Assembly (NCBI GenBank): GCA_030586555.1
Contig: JAURAC010000042.1
Span: 1-20,706 of the forward strand
Length of the DNA stretch: 20,706 nt
Direction of reading: 5' to 3'
Source: Candidatus Subterrananammoxibius californiae
GTDB taxonomy: Bacteria; Planctomycetota; Brocadiia; Brocadiales; Subterrananammoxibiaceae
The notes under the pieces were generated by a model. That model searched no databases. It was not told the DNA's origin and worked only from the letters and a program-made list of their open reading frames with translations. Within the stretch, counting starts at the first letter, position 1. Each line of letters opens with the position of its first letter. Of this stretch, positions 1 through 9,902 are shown one piece after another. The position numbers and the translations under genes were made by a program.

Positions 1-371
1 GAATACAATATATCACAATGATTTTTTATCGCCTGGCTCAACTGTAATAAGAGAGAATTACCAACACAGGCGTTTGTTAACTTAATAGACTCGTCCCTCA
101 TACTGCTCAAAATATTCAAATAATTTTCAGCAATTTCCTTTTTTTTGTTTTTATTTGTATACCTGTGCGTCATTGTCCGCAATCTTTCAATGTATATTTC
201 CAGATTACCGATACATTCAATTCGAATACGACTATCATCTGTCAAACCACTTTTCAGATAATTGATACTCCCCAGCTTCACCAGCGCAACAATGGTGATA
301 ACCCCCAAAAAAATGATAATAATGAAGTATCCATTAAACAGGCGTGTGCTGATGGTATTCCGGGAGAACAT
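1..371 (-). CDS. Partial (runs off window) membrane-anchored sensor protein: N-terminal TM helix plus probable four-helix-bundle periplasmic domain (histidine kinase / chemoreceptor / cyclase type)
   Basis: Manual translation from ATG at 371 stays open to base 1: MFSRNTISTRLFNGYFIIIIFLGVITIVALVKLGSINYLKSGLTDDSRIRIECIGNLEIYIERLRTMTHRY... The 'I..RL..G(Y/F)' + hydrophobic helix + amphipathic helix pattern is typical of MCP/HK sensor N-termini. A weak SD (GGGGTAGGT) lies upstream. The output domain is outside the window. Confidence 0.65.
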   Translation of the reverse strand, partial: MFSRNTISTRLFNGYFIIIIFLGVITIVALVKLGSINYLKSGLTDDSRIRIECIGNLEIYIERLRTMTHRYTNKNKKKEIAENYLNILSSMRDESIKLTNACVGNSLLLQLSQAIKNHCDILY

Positions 372-405
372 ACTATTTACCTACCCCAAACATGTTACAA
401 TAGTT

Positions 406-2253
406 TCATTCATAATATAACTGTTCCGCTTCGTCAGCCTGAAAGAAATCGATTATTGGGATAAGAATGGTATATCCTGTGGAAAACATAAGCCACACCA
501 GTGTTCCAATAATCCAATAGCCAAAAAATCCCTTACTAAAACTAAAACCGGAAAAATACATTATTACAGGGAAAAACACTTCCATAGCCAGTGAACTATA
601 GATTGCCAACGATATGATTTTCCGGGCGTTCGTTTTAAAATACGAATTCATATTCTCAAAATAATCACTCTTTGATACCGGTCTGAGTCCTTTTATATCT
701 TTAATTTCCTGTTTTTTCAGAAACGAAGTTACCATGAGTTGAATCCTGGAGAAATCAAATTTGCCGCTCTGTAACCAGTAGCCATCAATCAGACAAACGA
801 TTCCACTAACCAAAACAACGGTACAATTTGCACACGCCATGGGAACCATTTCACCCATTGCCACGAGCAATGAACTTCCATCCTGAGCGCCGGCCACGAC
901 TAACCATACAATAATACCCGTGATAAATCCCAGCATGGTTCCCCAAAACGCACCGAAGGAAGACAATCTTTTCCACACAATCCCAAAAATAATTGGAAGC
1001 ACTCCGGCACTCAAGAAAATTCCCATCGCAAGGTACAGAAAATAAACCTGAACACCTATTGAATAAATTAAAAAACTTAATATTCCTGCAATAATGCCAA
1101 AAAGACCCGTTGTAAAACGAGAGATTTTGAGTATTTGTCTATCCGTAGCTTGTGGTTTTATATTCAAACGGTAGATATCGTTCGCAATAATGGACGCCAC
1201 AGCAACCGATTCAGAATTTCCTGTTGAAATAATAGCCATAAAAAGCATCACCAAAAAGGCAATACCTCCGATATTGCCTGATACGTGATATGCTGTTAGC
1301 GGCGCTATGATGGTAGAATCGCTAACATTGATGCCCAACGCCAATCCACCCACCCCGAATGCTGTGGCAATACAGAGGGGTATCGCAAACCATACAAGTC
1401 CTGCCGTTAAGAAACAACTTCCCGCAGACTTATAATTGACAGCAATTGCCCTTTGCCAGTACGTCTGATCCAGGAATACCGTACCAAAATTCCCTATTGT
1501 ATTGACAATTCCAAACATAATCCCTGAGTAAGAAGTAATATTAATGAACTTTCCTTTGTCATGAAAATTTTCTACCATGTTGCAGATGCCAAAGTCTCCG
1601 TATTTATAATAGAAAATCACCGACAATCCCAGACCGATGATCAAAATAATCGCAACCTGAAGATAATCTGTGACGATAGAACCCCTCAAACCCGTAATGG
1701 AGCTATAAAAACAAAATGCCAAAGGGATCACAAGTACCGCAATCTTTACGTTAATACCTGTTAAAATGTTTAAAGCCAGAGCGCCACCTAGGATTACCAT
1801 CGTAGTTACAATGGTACAGGCCAATAAGCCTATAATGATCATAATCCAGTGGGTTTTTTTATCATATCGGTACAGAATAAATTCAGGGAATGTATGCAAT
1901 TGCGGGGCTAATTTTTTTACATAAACTGCTACCACACTAAACAAAAGGATGGGTATTGTGGCTCCTGCTGCATACCAGTATGGTCCGCTGATACCATAGT
2001 CATACCCCATTTTTGAAGATACCATAATAGTAGCGGCCCATGTCCAGGTGCTAACAATCGAAGCCGTTACTATTCCCCCTTTCATATTTCTGCCTGCTGA
2101 TAAAAACCATTCAGCAGTATTGCGATGAGCTACTTTCAGGATATTTTTCCACCACAAGAGACTGAATATCAGAAAAATAACCCCGAATATCGCTATAATA
2201 TAATATACTGATTGATAGGGAAGTGCATATTTAACTTCGTCGACTAATGGCAT
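406..2253 (-). CDS. dur3: DUR3-type urea active transporter (sodium:solute symporter family)
   Basis: 615 aa polytopic membrane protein with DUR3-subfamily motifs SIVSTWTWAAT, GPYWYAAGAT, GNFGTVFLDQTYWQRAIA and AGLVWFAIP; lies in a urease cluster. Confidence 0.9.
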   Translation of the reverse strand: MPLVDEVKYALPYQSVYYIIAIFGVIFLIFSLLWWKNILKVAHRNTAEWFLSAGRNMKGGIVTASIVSTWTWAATIMVSSKMGYDYGISGPYWYAAGATIPILLFSVVAVYVKKLAPQLHTFPEFILYRYDKKTHWIMIIIGLLACTIVTTMVILGGALALNILTGINVKIAVLVIPLAFCFYSSITGLRGSIVTDYLQVAIILIIGLGLSVIFYYKYGDFGICNMVENFHDKGKFINITSYSGIMFGIVNTIGNFGTVFLDQTYWQRAIAVNYKSAGSCFLTAGLVWFAIPLCIATAFGVGGLALGINVSDSTIIAPLTAYHVSGNIGGIAFLVMLFMAIISTGNSESVAVASIIANDIYRLNIKPQATDRQILKISRFTTGLFGIIAGILSFLIYSIGVQVYFLYLAMGIFLSAGVLPIIFGIVWKRLSSFGAFWGTMLGFITGIIVWLVVAGAQDGSSLLVAMGEMVPMACANCTVVLVSGIVCLIDGYWLQSGKFDFSRIQLMVTSFLKKQEIKDIKGLRPVSKSDYFENMNSYFKTNARKIISLAIYSSLAMEVFFPVIMYFSGFSFSKGFFGYWIIGTLVWLMFSTGYTILIPIIDFFQADEAEQLYYE

Positions 2254-2289
2254 AAGTAACTATCACAAAAAATAACATTATTACCCAAT

Positions 2290-3858
2290 TTATCCTTTTA
2301 TATTCGGTTCATTTGCAGATTTTCCAACAACCGCATTGTGTGGGGAATGGGCAATTAATATACGGTCGATACGCAGGACAGCCTTCACAATTTCAGCCGC
2401 AGACTTCAAGGCATTAATCTTAATCCCGGCAGGATCAATAACGCCGGCTTCAAGCATATTTTCAATCTTTCCCGTATTGATGTTAATTCCATATTCTCCG
2501 GATTTATTTCTGATTTCTGTCATCTTTTCAAAAGCACTGAAACCAGCATTGGTAAGTATTTGACGCATAATACTGGAAAGAGCATGCGCAACCACTTCAA
2601 TTCCCAGGGACTCTACCCCTCCGTTCAAGCTTTTTTCTCTTAATTTCTCGCTGATACAAAGTTCAACCGCTCCCCCTCCTGCTACAATGCCGTCATTTAA
2701 TGCTGATTGTGCCGCTGAAATGCCATCTTTCACACTACGCCATCGTTCCTGCGATGTCACTTTTGTAGCGCCACCGACAATAATCGTCACTACATTTTGT
2801 TGTGCGAGGTTTTCAAAAAAGAATAATCCTTTCTCTTCATCGTAGCACATACTTTTCATAGTAACAACCGTACCCCTTTCAATGTCTTCTTTTCTTCTTA
2901 TCACCTGCATATCGAACGCATATGCAATAGTAAGAAGTTCTTCGTTAGAGACATGTATTGGCAAGATATTCTTTACAAGGAGATTTGATAAAAGGAGTTC
3001 ATCTACCTGAGGTGAGGATATAAAGAGAATGCCTGTGCCTGTCCTGCAAATGCTATCAGAAATTTCTTTCGTAATTGTTGCTTGATTTTCTTTCATCCGC
3101 ACAACGTCATCATAATTTTTCATCTCCATGGTCCATGACTCCCGAATCTCCTTCAAATCCATTTTCATAAGAATTGCTCCAACATTATGCAAATGGTTGG
3201 GGATCTGCGGGTCCTGGAATTGCCTTTGGAGAACGAATCCATCAAAAACCAAATCCTCCAGTTCAGGTTTATTAATTAACAAGATGCTTTTCTTAAAATT
3301 GATCGTCCTCTTTTTCCCCTTCGAATTTTTCAAAAGAGAAACCGCCTCGCTCACTAAGGACACAACCTGGTCGCCATCCATCCTGCTGCCAGCAGCCGTT
3401 GTAATCACCTGAGCGAGTCTGGCATCTTCAATGTTAATCTTTACGGCCATCTGCTTTAAAAGTTCAATGGAGCGCTGAATTCCTATCTCCATGCCCCGCA
3501 CAATCAACGTAGGATGGATACCCATATCAGTAATTAATCTTTTCCCTTCCTTTATCATTTCTGCTGCCAAAACAACAGCCGTAGTTGTTCCATCTCCCGA
3601 TTTAGTCTCTTGCCTATCCGCAATTTCAACAACCATTTTTGCTACCGGATGAATCGTTTTGATCGAAAGCATTATGGTAGCGCCGTCGTTCGTAATAAAA
3701 CGGTTACCCAACTCATCCACAAGTAATTTGTCCAATCCTTTTGGGCCCAGTGTGGTCCTTACCGTATCGGCTATAGATAATACTGCTGCACAATTATTTT
3801 CTAATGCTGTATTCTCTATCTTTTGTGCCTGAATATTACTTACGTTGTGTTCTACCAT
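2290..3858 (-). CDS. Thermosome-like (group II/III) chaperonin, Cpn60/TCP-1 family
   Basis: Motifs [28 protein letters not shown] (ATP binding), GGGAVEL and GVIDP..K..AL..A.E....LRID. The GPKG-x-DK-x-LVD and ITNDG forms are thermosome-type, unlike GroEL (GPKGRNV, ITKDG). No groES in the window. Confidence 0.92.
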   Translation of the reverse strand: MVEHNVSNIQAQKIENTALENNCAAVLSIADTVRTTLGPKGLDKLLVDELGNRFITNDGATIMLSIKTIHPVAKMVVEIADRQETKSGDGTTTAVVLAAEMIKEGKRLITDMGIHPTLIVRGMEIGIQRSIELLKQMAVKINIEDARLAQVITTAAGSRMDGDQVVSLVSEAVSLLKNSKGKKRTINFKKSILLINKPELEDLVFDGFVLQRQFQDPQIPNHLHNVGAILMKMDLKEIRESWTMEMKNYDDVVRMKENQATITKEISDSICRTGTGILFISSPQVDELLLSNLLVKNILPIHVSNEELLTIAYAFDMQVIRRKEDIERGTVVTMKSMCYDEEKGLFFFENLAQQNVVTIIVGGATKVTSQERWRSVKDGISAAQSALNDGIVAGGGAVELCISEKLREKSLNGGVESLGIEVVAHALSSIMRQILTNAGFSAFEKMTEIRNKSGEYGININTGKIENMLEAGVIDPAGIKINALKSAAEIVKAVLRIDRILIAHSPHNAVVGKSANEPNIKG

Positions 3859-3896
3859 GGATTATTTTTAATAGAAATTTTATTAAGATACCTTCT

Positions 3897-4850
3897 TTAT
3901 TTTCTAAGATTCGGAGCTTGCTTCCCAAATAATTTTACGCGAATACTATTCCATATTTGCTTACAGGCAACTTCCACATCACTTGGTTTTCTACCCAATA
4001 TGCGCACAAAAATACCATCCGTATGAGGAAGTACAGAGGAAGCAAAGCATATATCAGCGGCATTTTGAATTGTGTTTTCTATTAAGGTATTTAATATTTT
4101 ACTTTCAATTTTCTTCGTTAGCAAATAAAAATTTGCCAAAACTTCCCAATTACCCATCACACCGCACGACTTCGAATGAAATGTCTTTGACGATAAAACC
4201 ATATGATCGAAACATCTAAAACGACCGGATAAGCTTGTGGCCTGAAAACGCGAATAAAATATTTCATAGAGAAAGGATTCTCCGTGAGCCACACGTCCTG
4301 GCGTCAATATCTCGCTATAAAGACAGGTTGCATCATCGTGAATTCTTACATTAACTTCCTGATAAAAGCGAGAATTTTTATACGGGATAATCATATCCGG
4401 TAAAAATTCCGCATAAGCCCCCTTATCCAGAGTGATATTCAATATCTGGGTGGCGTAGTTAGTTTCCATGCGATAAATCTTTGTTGCGGCTTGAGTAGTA
4501 ATATGAAATGTGCTATTTGCAAGCCCGTGTATGTCTATTCTTAATCTATCACCCTGTAATATTCCCCCGCTCGGACTCATGATGTAAATATAAGGCATAT
4601 GCGGCATCTCCTCGTCAATATAAAGGGCTTTTTGAACTTGCAATGGAACCTTGTGATAATTTTCTACAAGTACCGTTTGCCCCTGCTTGTTTTCAAGAGT
4701 CAACGCCAGTAACCCAACCTTGCCTGCTCTACCAATACCGAGTTGCGGAATTTCTACATCATATTGACTAATTTCGGGAGGAATTGTTGCGGGGGTATAA
4801 AACCGATGATCATGTACACCAATAACAGTATCTTTCAGCATCGTATGCAT
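3897..4850 (-). CDS. ureD: Urease accessory protein UreD/UreH
   Basis: Motifs SPSGGILQGD, ITTQAATKIYRM, EFLPDMIIPY and EILTPGRVAHGE; starts 3 bp after the ureG stop. Confidence 0.93.
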   Translation of the reverse strand: MHTMLKDTVIGVHDHRFYTPATIPPEISQYDVEIPQLGIGRAGKVGLLALTLENKQGQTVLVENYHKVPLQVQKALYIDEEMPHMPYIYIMSPSGGILQGDRLRIDIHGLANSTFHITTQAATKIYRMETNYATQILNITLDKGAYAEFLPDMIIPYKNSRFYQEVNVRIHDDATCLYSEILTPGRVAHGESFLYEIFYSRFQATSLSGRFRCFDHMVLSSKTFHSKSCGVMGNWEVLANFYLLTKKIESKILNTLIENTIQNAADICFASSVLPHTDGIFVRILGRKPSDVEVACKQIWNSIRVKLFGKQAPNLRK

Positions 4851-4853
4851 ATA

Positions 4854-5489
4854 CTAATCATCAAAAAGTACCTCTTTTTTAATCAACTGATATACAGAAT
4901 CAATTCCTTCTTTGGTATGACAATTGGTAAAAATAAACGGCTTGTTTTTTCTCATCATCTTTGAATCACGTTCCATGACGCTTAAATCTGCCTTCACCAG
5001 AGGGGCTAAATCAATTTTATTAATAATCAATAGATCTGATTGGGTAATCGCAGGGCCATTTTTACGAGGGATCTTATCGCCGGCAGCAACATCAATCACA
5101 TAAATGAAGTAGTCAACTAATACCCGGCTAAAGGTAAGCGTCAGATTATCTCCCCCAGTTTCAACAAAAAGGATATTTGAATCCGGATATTTATGTTCCA
5201 TTTCCTCTACCGCGATAAGGTTCATACTGGGGTCTTCACGTACGGCTGTATGAGGGCACCCTCCTGTCTCAACCCCCAGAACCCGATCGGGAGAGAGGAT
5301 ACCCTGGAGTGTTCTTTTTACATGTTCAGCATCCTCTTTAGTAACAATATCATTGGTTATAACAATTGGCTTATATCCGTCTCTTACCAGTACTGGCACA
5401 ATTGCCTCAATAAGCGCGGTTTTACCAGAACCTACAGGGCCCCCAACGCCTACTCTTGGTATCTTTCCTTCCACCGATACTCCTTCCAT
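4854..5489 (-). CDS. ureG: Urease accessory GTPase UreG
   Basis: P-loop GGPVGSGKT, Ni-binding ETGGCPH, ETGGDNL, GDKIPRK and INKIDLAP. Confidence 0.98.
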   Translation of the reverse strand: MEGVSVEGKIPRVGVGGPVGSGKTALIEAIVPVLVRDGYKPIVITNDIVTKEDAEHVKRTLQGILSPDRVLGVETGGCPHTAVREDPSMNLIAVEEMEHKYPDSNILFVETGGDNLTLTFSRVLVDYFIYVIDVAAGDKIPRKNGPAITQSDLLIINKIDLAPLVKADLSVMERDSKMMRKNKPFIFTNCHTKEGIDSVYQLIKKEVLFDD

Positions 5490-5590
5490 AGAAATGCAAA
5501 CCTTTGGTTATCAGATTAATTCATAAAACAGAATCAAGTATCAAAAACAGATGTTTTTCACATCCTCAATATTCTCAGAAAGTCTATGAT

Positions 5591-6337
5591 TCAACTTAAA
5601 AACATCCGAACGGTCGCCCGTTCATGTTTTATAGACATAATATCCACCAAGGGAGCACATGAGTACATTTCATCCGGTACCTTGTAAATATTTTTCTGAA
5701 TAATTTCTACAAATAAAGGCTGCAACTTGTTGATTATCCTGATCGCCATAAAGTGGTCCATTTTAATAAGCCTCATCGCTGCTCCAACAAAACTCACACA
5801 AAAAGAATACAACTCAATCATAATTGTTTCAGGACAGGTCAATCCCAATAGGTAACCACCTATACCCAGCGCTACAGCATAATTTCCCGGACTAACCCCC
5901 GTACGGACTATCTCATGAAAATCACTGATGATGGTACGTTCGGGAATCATTAAAAGGAGATTGGATAACAGGCACTTACCTGTCTTCACAGAACATTCCC
6001 TAATTTCACCTGAAAGTTTCATGGAATAAAGCATCTCGTCTATGAGCAAAAGGTTATTTAAATCAGATCGTTCAGATGCCTTATATGCATTAGCCAATGC
6101 AACACAATCAGCAGGGGCAATCTGATGGACAAGAATATCCTTAAGCAAAAGGGAAAATTCGTCTACATCTTTTACTAGCTCCATCTCAACAAAGGATTCC
6201 AAACCATGAGAAAAATTATACATACCAACAGGAAAAAAAGTATCGGAAATCTGTAATGCCCTTACAAACGTTTTTAAGTGTGGCTCTTGCACATCCCATC
6301 TCACTGGTATTTTTCCCCCATTATTACTCACGGTCAA
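5591..6337 (-). CDS. ureF: Urease accessory protein UreF
   Basis: N-terminal LQISDTFFPVGMYNFSHGLE and C-terminal DIMSIKHE...RMFLS. Start is TTG 6337 or in-frame GTG 6331, after an AAGGA SD. Confidence 0.95.
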   Translation of the reverse strand: MTVSNNGGKIPVRWDVQEPHLKTFVRALQISDTFFPVGMYNFSHGLESFVEMELVKDVDEFSLLLKDILVHQIAPADCVALANAYKASERSDLNNLLLIDEMLYSMKLSGEIRECSVKTGKCLLSNLLLMIPERTIISDFHEIVRTGVSPGNYAVALGIGGYLLGLTCPETIMIELYSFCVSFVGAAMRLIKMDHFMAIRIINKLQPLFVEIIQKNIYKVPDEMYSCAPLVDIMSIKHERATVRMFLS

Positions 6338-6348
6338 GTATCCTTTCC

Positions 6349-6909
6349 TTAATGTGAATGTATGTGAGGATTGTGGCCATGGGGAAAGTTATGGAAGTGC
6401 TCATATCTTTCATTAGATATTTTTTCTCCCCCAACTTCCGCAAAAACATATTCTATACCTGGAATGTCATGTGTTTTAATGACAGATTCCATTACCTTAC
6501 GATCCAAGGCTAAGGGCACAAAAACCGTCTTCCCTACAACCTTTATTTGCCAATGCTGGTTTCCTATGGCATGTCCTAATCTAACGGCTGCCTCGAACAG
6601 TGCATCTTCATGAACTTTTCCAACAAATTTAAGCATCATCATCTCTTCTGCCTCAATGTTTGCAATGAACATCTTGTCTTCCGTTTTATAATAGAGAATA
6701 TCTCCATTGTGTAATACCATACCTCTTTTGAGGTCAATTCCCATTTCTTCGTTAAGTTCTGGTAATCTTTTCAACAATCGACATCTTTCCGATTCTAAAC
6801 GAGAGAACATTATTGCATGCACTTTACCATCACAACTCATCTGATTATAAATTTTTTTCCATTGCGTGTCGGCAATAACATTTCCTAATATTTCGTTAAC
6901 AATCAACAT
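6349..6909 (-). CDS. ureE: Urease accessory nickel metallochaperone UreE
   Basis: LHNGDIL and LGHAIGNQHW (GNxH) motifs plus a His-rich C-terminus HFHNFPHGHNPHIHSH. Confidence 0.92.
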   Translation of the reverse strand: MLIVNEILGNVIADTQWKKIYNQMSCDGKVHAIMFSRLESERCRLLKRLPELNEEMGIDLKRGMVLHNGDILYYKTEDKMFIANIEAEEMMMLKFVGKVHEDALFEAAVRLGHAIGNQHWQIKVVGKTVFVPLALDRKVMESVIKTHDIPGIEYVFAEVGGEKISNERYEHFHNFPHGHNPHIHSH

Positions 6910-6952
6910 GGTTATTTTTTACCAATCAAACTATTATTAATTTCGTAGTATG

Positions 6953-7285
6953 TTATTTGAGATGACACTTGTTCATCCATTCGATTCTTCGTGCATCAAT
7001 ATCTACGAATCCATAATGTTTATAACCTTTATTTTTCATTTGCGCAAAAACAAACCCATCCCGTTTTACATTTACCAAAGCATATTTGCAAAACTGGCTG
7101 GCAATAATACATTCGGTTACCCGATGATCCGCAAAATCGAGGTTAAGATGTGTTCTGCAATCGATAAAACCTGCTAAATCCCATATCTTTCCAGCCCTGA
7201 CTACGCCATGTTTAATTTTGGAAGCATCTATAACGTAGCCCTCATCATCTACATTTGACGCCTCTACCACATGTCTGACAATCAT
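6953..7285 (-). CDS. Hypothetical 110-aa protein between ureC and ureE, with a degenerate amidohydrolase-like motif (LAGFIDCRTHL)
   Basis: Strong SD GAGGAG immediately after the ureC stop. The ORF fills the ureC-ureE gap on the operon strand and has a protein-like composition. Function unknown. Confidence 0.8.
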   Translation of the reverse strand: MIVRHVVEASNVDDEGYVIDASKIKHGVVRAGKIWDLAGFIDCRTHLNLDFADHRVTECIIASQFCKYALVNVKRDGFVFAQMKNKGYKHYGFVDIDARRIEWMNKCHLK

Positions 7286-7299
7286 AAAAGCTGTCTCCT

Positions 7300-9015
7300 C
7301 TACACCACGAAAAAAAGCTGTGTCAGCGCCAATTCCTTTGCTGGCTCGCAGGTAGCTATCTTTCCGTCAACTGTTACCTGATAGGTTTCAGGATCAATCT
7401 CGATTTTAGGCGCTGCATCATTCCTAACCATATGAGATTTTGTCAATCCTCTACAATTCCCAACTGCAACATATCCGCCTCGCATGCCAATCTTTTCAGG
7501 AATGCCCAATTCAACGGCTACCTTTGATAGTAACGTTACTTTTGTTTTTGGCATCGCTCCGCCGAACGAACCAAACATAGGACGGTAAATGACAGGTTCC
7601 GGTGTCGGGATAGAAGCGTTGGGATCCCCCATTAATGCCCAGTTTACAAAGCCGCCCTTAATTACCATCTTAGGCTTTGCACCAAAAAATGCAATAGGCC
7701 AGAGCACAATATCTGCAATCTTTCCTGCTTCTATCGAACCCAACACATGGGCAAAACCATCAGAAATGGCATAGTTCAGGGTGCATTTGGCAATATAACG
7801 AAGCACTCTGAAGTTGTCATTTCCTGGTGCATCCTCTTTTAGTTTCCCCCGCTGTTTCTTCATCTTATCAGCCGTTTGAATAGCCTTGATAAAATTTTCA
7901 CCCACCCTCCCCATTGCCTGAGAATCCGAACTATACATGCTTAATATTCCAAGATCATGGAGCACGTCCTCGGCAGCGATTGTCTCAGCGCGAATACGAC
8001 TTTCTGCAAAAGCCACATCCTCAGGAATTGAAGGGTTAAGATGATGACAGACCATTAACATATCGAGATGTTCGTCCAGTGTGTTTATTGTATAAGGTCT
8101 TGTAGGATTTGTTGACGATGGTAATACATTTTTTTCACCAGCAATCCGCATGATATCCGGGGCGTGACCACCACCCGCCCCTTCAGTATGATAGGTGTGA
8201 ACAGTACGTCCATCAATTGCTTTAATAGTATCCTCCAAAAAACCTGCCTCATTCAAGGTATCTGTATGAATTGACACCTGAATATCGTATTTATCAGCGA
8301 CTGTTAAACTCTGGTCTAACACCGCAGGAGTTGTGCCCCAGTCTTCGTGGTCTTTTAGTCCGCAAGCTCCTGCCTCCAATTGTTCTATTAACGGTTCTGG
8401 CAGCGCACAGTTTCCTTTTCCTTTAAATCCCCAGTTGATGGGGAGTCCCTCACATGCCAGAATCATTTTTTGGATATTCCACGGACCCGGAGTACAGGTA
8501 GTGGCTTTTGTTCCATCAGCAGGTCCGGTTCCACCACCGACAAAAGTCGTTATCCCATTCGATAAACCATCGTATACCTGTTGTGGGCATATCATATGAA
8601 CATGTCCATCTATTCCTCCTGCAGTAGCGATGAGATGCTCGCCTGCGATTACTTCTGTTCCTGGACCTATAATCAAATCTGGATGAACACCATCCATAAT
8701 ATCGGGGTTACCAGCCTTCCCTATCCCTGAAATCTTTCCATCCTTTATTCCAATGTCACCTACGACAACTCCCTGGATGGGATCAATAATAATTGCATTA
8801 GTAATAACCAGGTCTAAAGCCCCATTTTTATTCGTTTGCGTACTCTGTCCCATTCCCTCCCGGATTGTCTTTCCCCCGCCAAAGACAACTTCATCACCTG
8901 GCACACGATAATCTTTTTCAATTTCACATACCAATTCAGTATCTGCCAGCTTAAATTTATCGCCTACCGTTGGCCCATATAAATCTGTATATTGTTTTCT
9001 TGATATACTTGTCAT
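7300..9015 (-). CDS. ureC: Urease subunit alpha
   Basis: 571 aa with all Ni-site and catalytic motifs: [14 protein letters not shown] (carbamylated Lys), [24 protein letters not shown] and SSDSQAMGR. Confidence 0.99.
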   Translation of the reverse strand: MTSISRKQYTDLYGPTVGDKFKLADTELVCEIEKDYRVPGDEVVFGGGKTIREGMGQSTQTNKNGALDLVITNAIIIDPIQGVVVGDIGIKDGKISGIGKAGNPDIMDGVHPDLIIGPGTEVIAGEHLIATAGGIDGHVHMICPQQVYDGLSNGITTFVGGGTGPADGTKATTCTPGPWNIQKMILACEGLPINWGFKGKGNCALPEPLIEQLEAGACGLKDHEDWGTTPAVLDQSLTVADKYDIQVSIHTDTLNEAGFLEDTIKAIDGRTVHTYHTEGAGGGHAPDIMRIAGEKNVLPSSTNPTRPYTINTLDEHLDMLMVCHHLNPSIPEDVAFAESRIRAETIAAEDVLHDLGILSMYSSDSQAMGRVGENFIKAIQTADKMKKQRGKLKEDAPGNDNFRVLRYIAKCTLNYAISDGFAHVLGSIEAGKIADIVLWPIAFFGAKPKMVIKGGFVNWALMGDPNASIPTPEPVIYRPMFGSFGGAMPKTKVTLLSKVAVELGIPEKIGMRGGYVAVGNCRGLTKSHMVRNDAAPKIEIDPETYQVTVDGKIATCEPAKELALTQLFFVV

Positions 9016-9069
9016 AAGGAAAAACCCCTTTTAGTTTATACCACAAATTTTATTTTAGTGAAACTGGAA

Positions 9070-9441
9070 TCAAGCACCCTTGAAACCCAATTCTTTTGCC
9101 CTTTTCAATGGAACTTCCATCGCACCTTTTACTGAAGTACTCCCATTCACTAACCCGTTTAATCCCATGACTACCTTTTTGCCGCCCAATTGAACCAATT
9201 CGACTTCTTTCTCATCGCCTGGTTCAAAGCGAACTGAGGTTCCTGACGGTATGTTCAATCTCATTCCAAACGCCTTTTTTCTGTCAAAATCTAATGCCTT
9301 GTTCGTCTCAAAAAAGTGAAAGTGAGAGCCTGCTTGAATCGGACGATCTCCTGTGTTTTTTACAGAAATTTTGACAGTAGCCCGCCCTGCGTTTATTTCT
9401 ATTGGTGCATTTACAATAATATATTGAAAAGTTCCACTCAT
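9070..9441 (-). CDS. ureB: Urease subunit beta
   Basis: [19 protein letters not shown] and [17 protein letters not shown] motifs. Confidence 0.98.
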   Translation of the reverse strand: MSGTFQYIIVNAPIEINAGRATVKISVKNTGDRPIQAGSHFHFFETNKALDFDRKKAFGMRLNIPSGTSVRFEPGDEKEVELVQLGGKKVVMGLNGLVNGSTSVKGAMEVPLKRAKELGFKGA

Positions 9442-9519
9442 ACGTCACTCACATCATCGTAAAATTTAACTCCCTGATAAGCTTTAATATACCCGAAAAG
9501 TACTTTAATTTATGGTTAT

Positions 9520-9822
9520 TTATGTAATTGGATCATGACATGATACTAATTTCGTACCATCAGGAAAAGTGCATTCTACTTGCACTAAATGAAGCATTTC
9601 AGGCACCTGTGGCATTACATCTTCCCTCTTTAACACCTTCTTTCCACTTTGCATCAACTCCGCAACACTCTTTCCATCCCTTGCTCCTTCAAGGATTGCC
9701 TCAGTAATCACTGCTACTGCTTCTGAATAGTTCAGTTTTAAGCCACGTGATTTTCGCTTTTTAGCTAAATCGGCAACAGAATAAATAAGCATTTTATCAA
9801 TCTCTCGTGGCGATAACATCAT
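9520..9822 (-). CDS. ureA: Urease subunit gamma
   Basis: [24 protein letters not shown] and [20 protein letters not shown] motifs; SD GGGAGG upstream. Confidence 0.98.
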   Translation of the reverse strand: MMLSPREIDKMLIYSVADLAKKRKSRGLKLNYSEAVAVITEAILEGARDGKSVAELMQSGKKVLKREDVMPQVPEMLHLVQVECTFPDGTKLVSCHDPIT

Positions 9823-9869
9823 GATAAAATGACCTCCCTTCTTAATTTTCTCATTTAATCATTAATTTG

Positions 9870-9899
9870 AAAAATTCAGCCCTCTATGATGAGCTAAAA
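9870..9899 (-). terminator. Possible weak intrinsic terminator/attenuator between the DUF1573 gene and ureA
   Basis: Minus strand reads TTTAGCTC-ATCATAGA-GGGCTGAA-TTTTT: an 8-bp stem with two G-U pairs followed by a U run, right after the upstream stop codon. Confidence 0.35.
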
Positions 9900-9902
9900 T
9901 AA

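Noticed and set aside
165..464. 99-aa plus-strand ORF
   Set aside because: Antisense to the DUR3 3' end and to the better-supported minus-strand sensor frame (1..371); no recognisable motifs.
2290..3858. Annotation as groEL
   Set aside because: The motifs are thermosome-type, there is no GGM tail and no adjacent groES.
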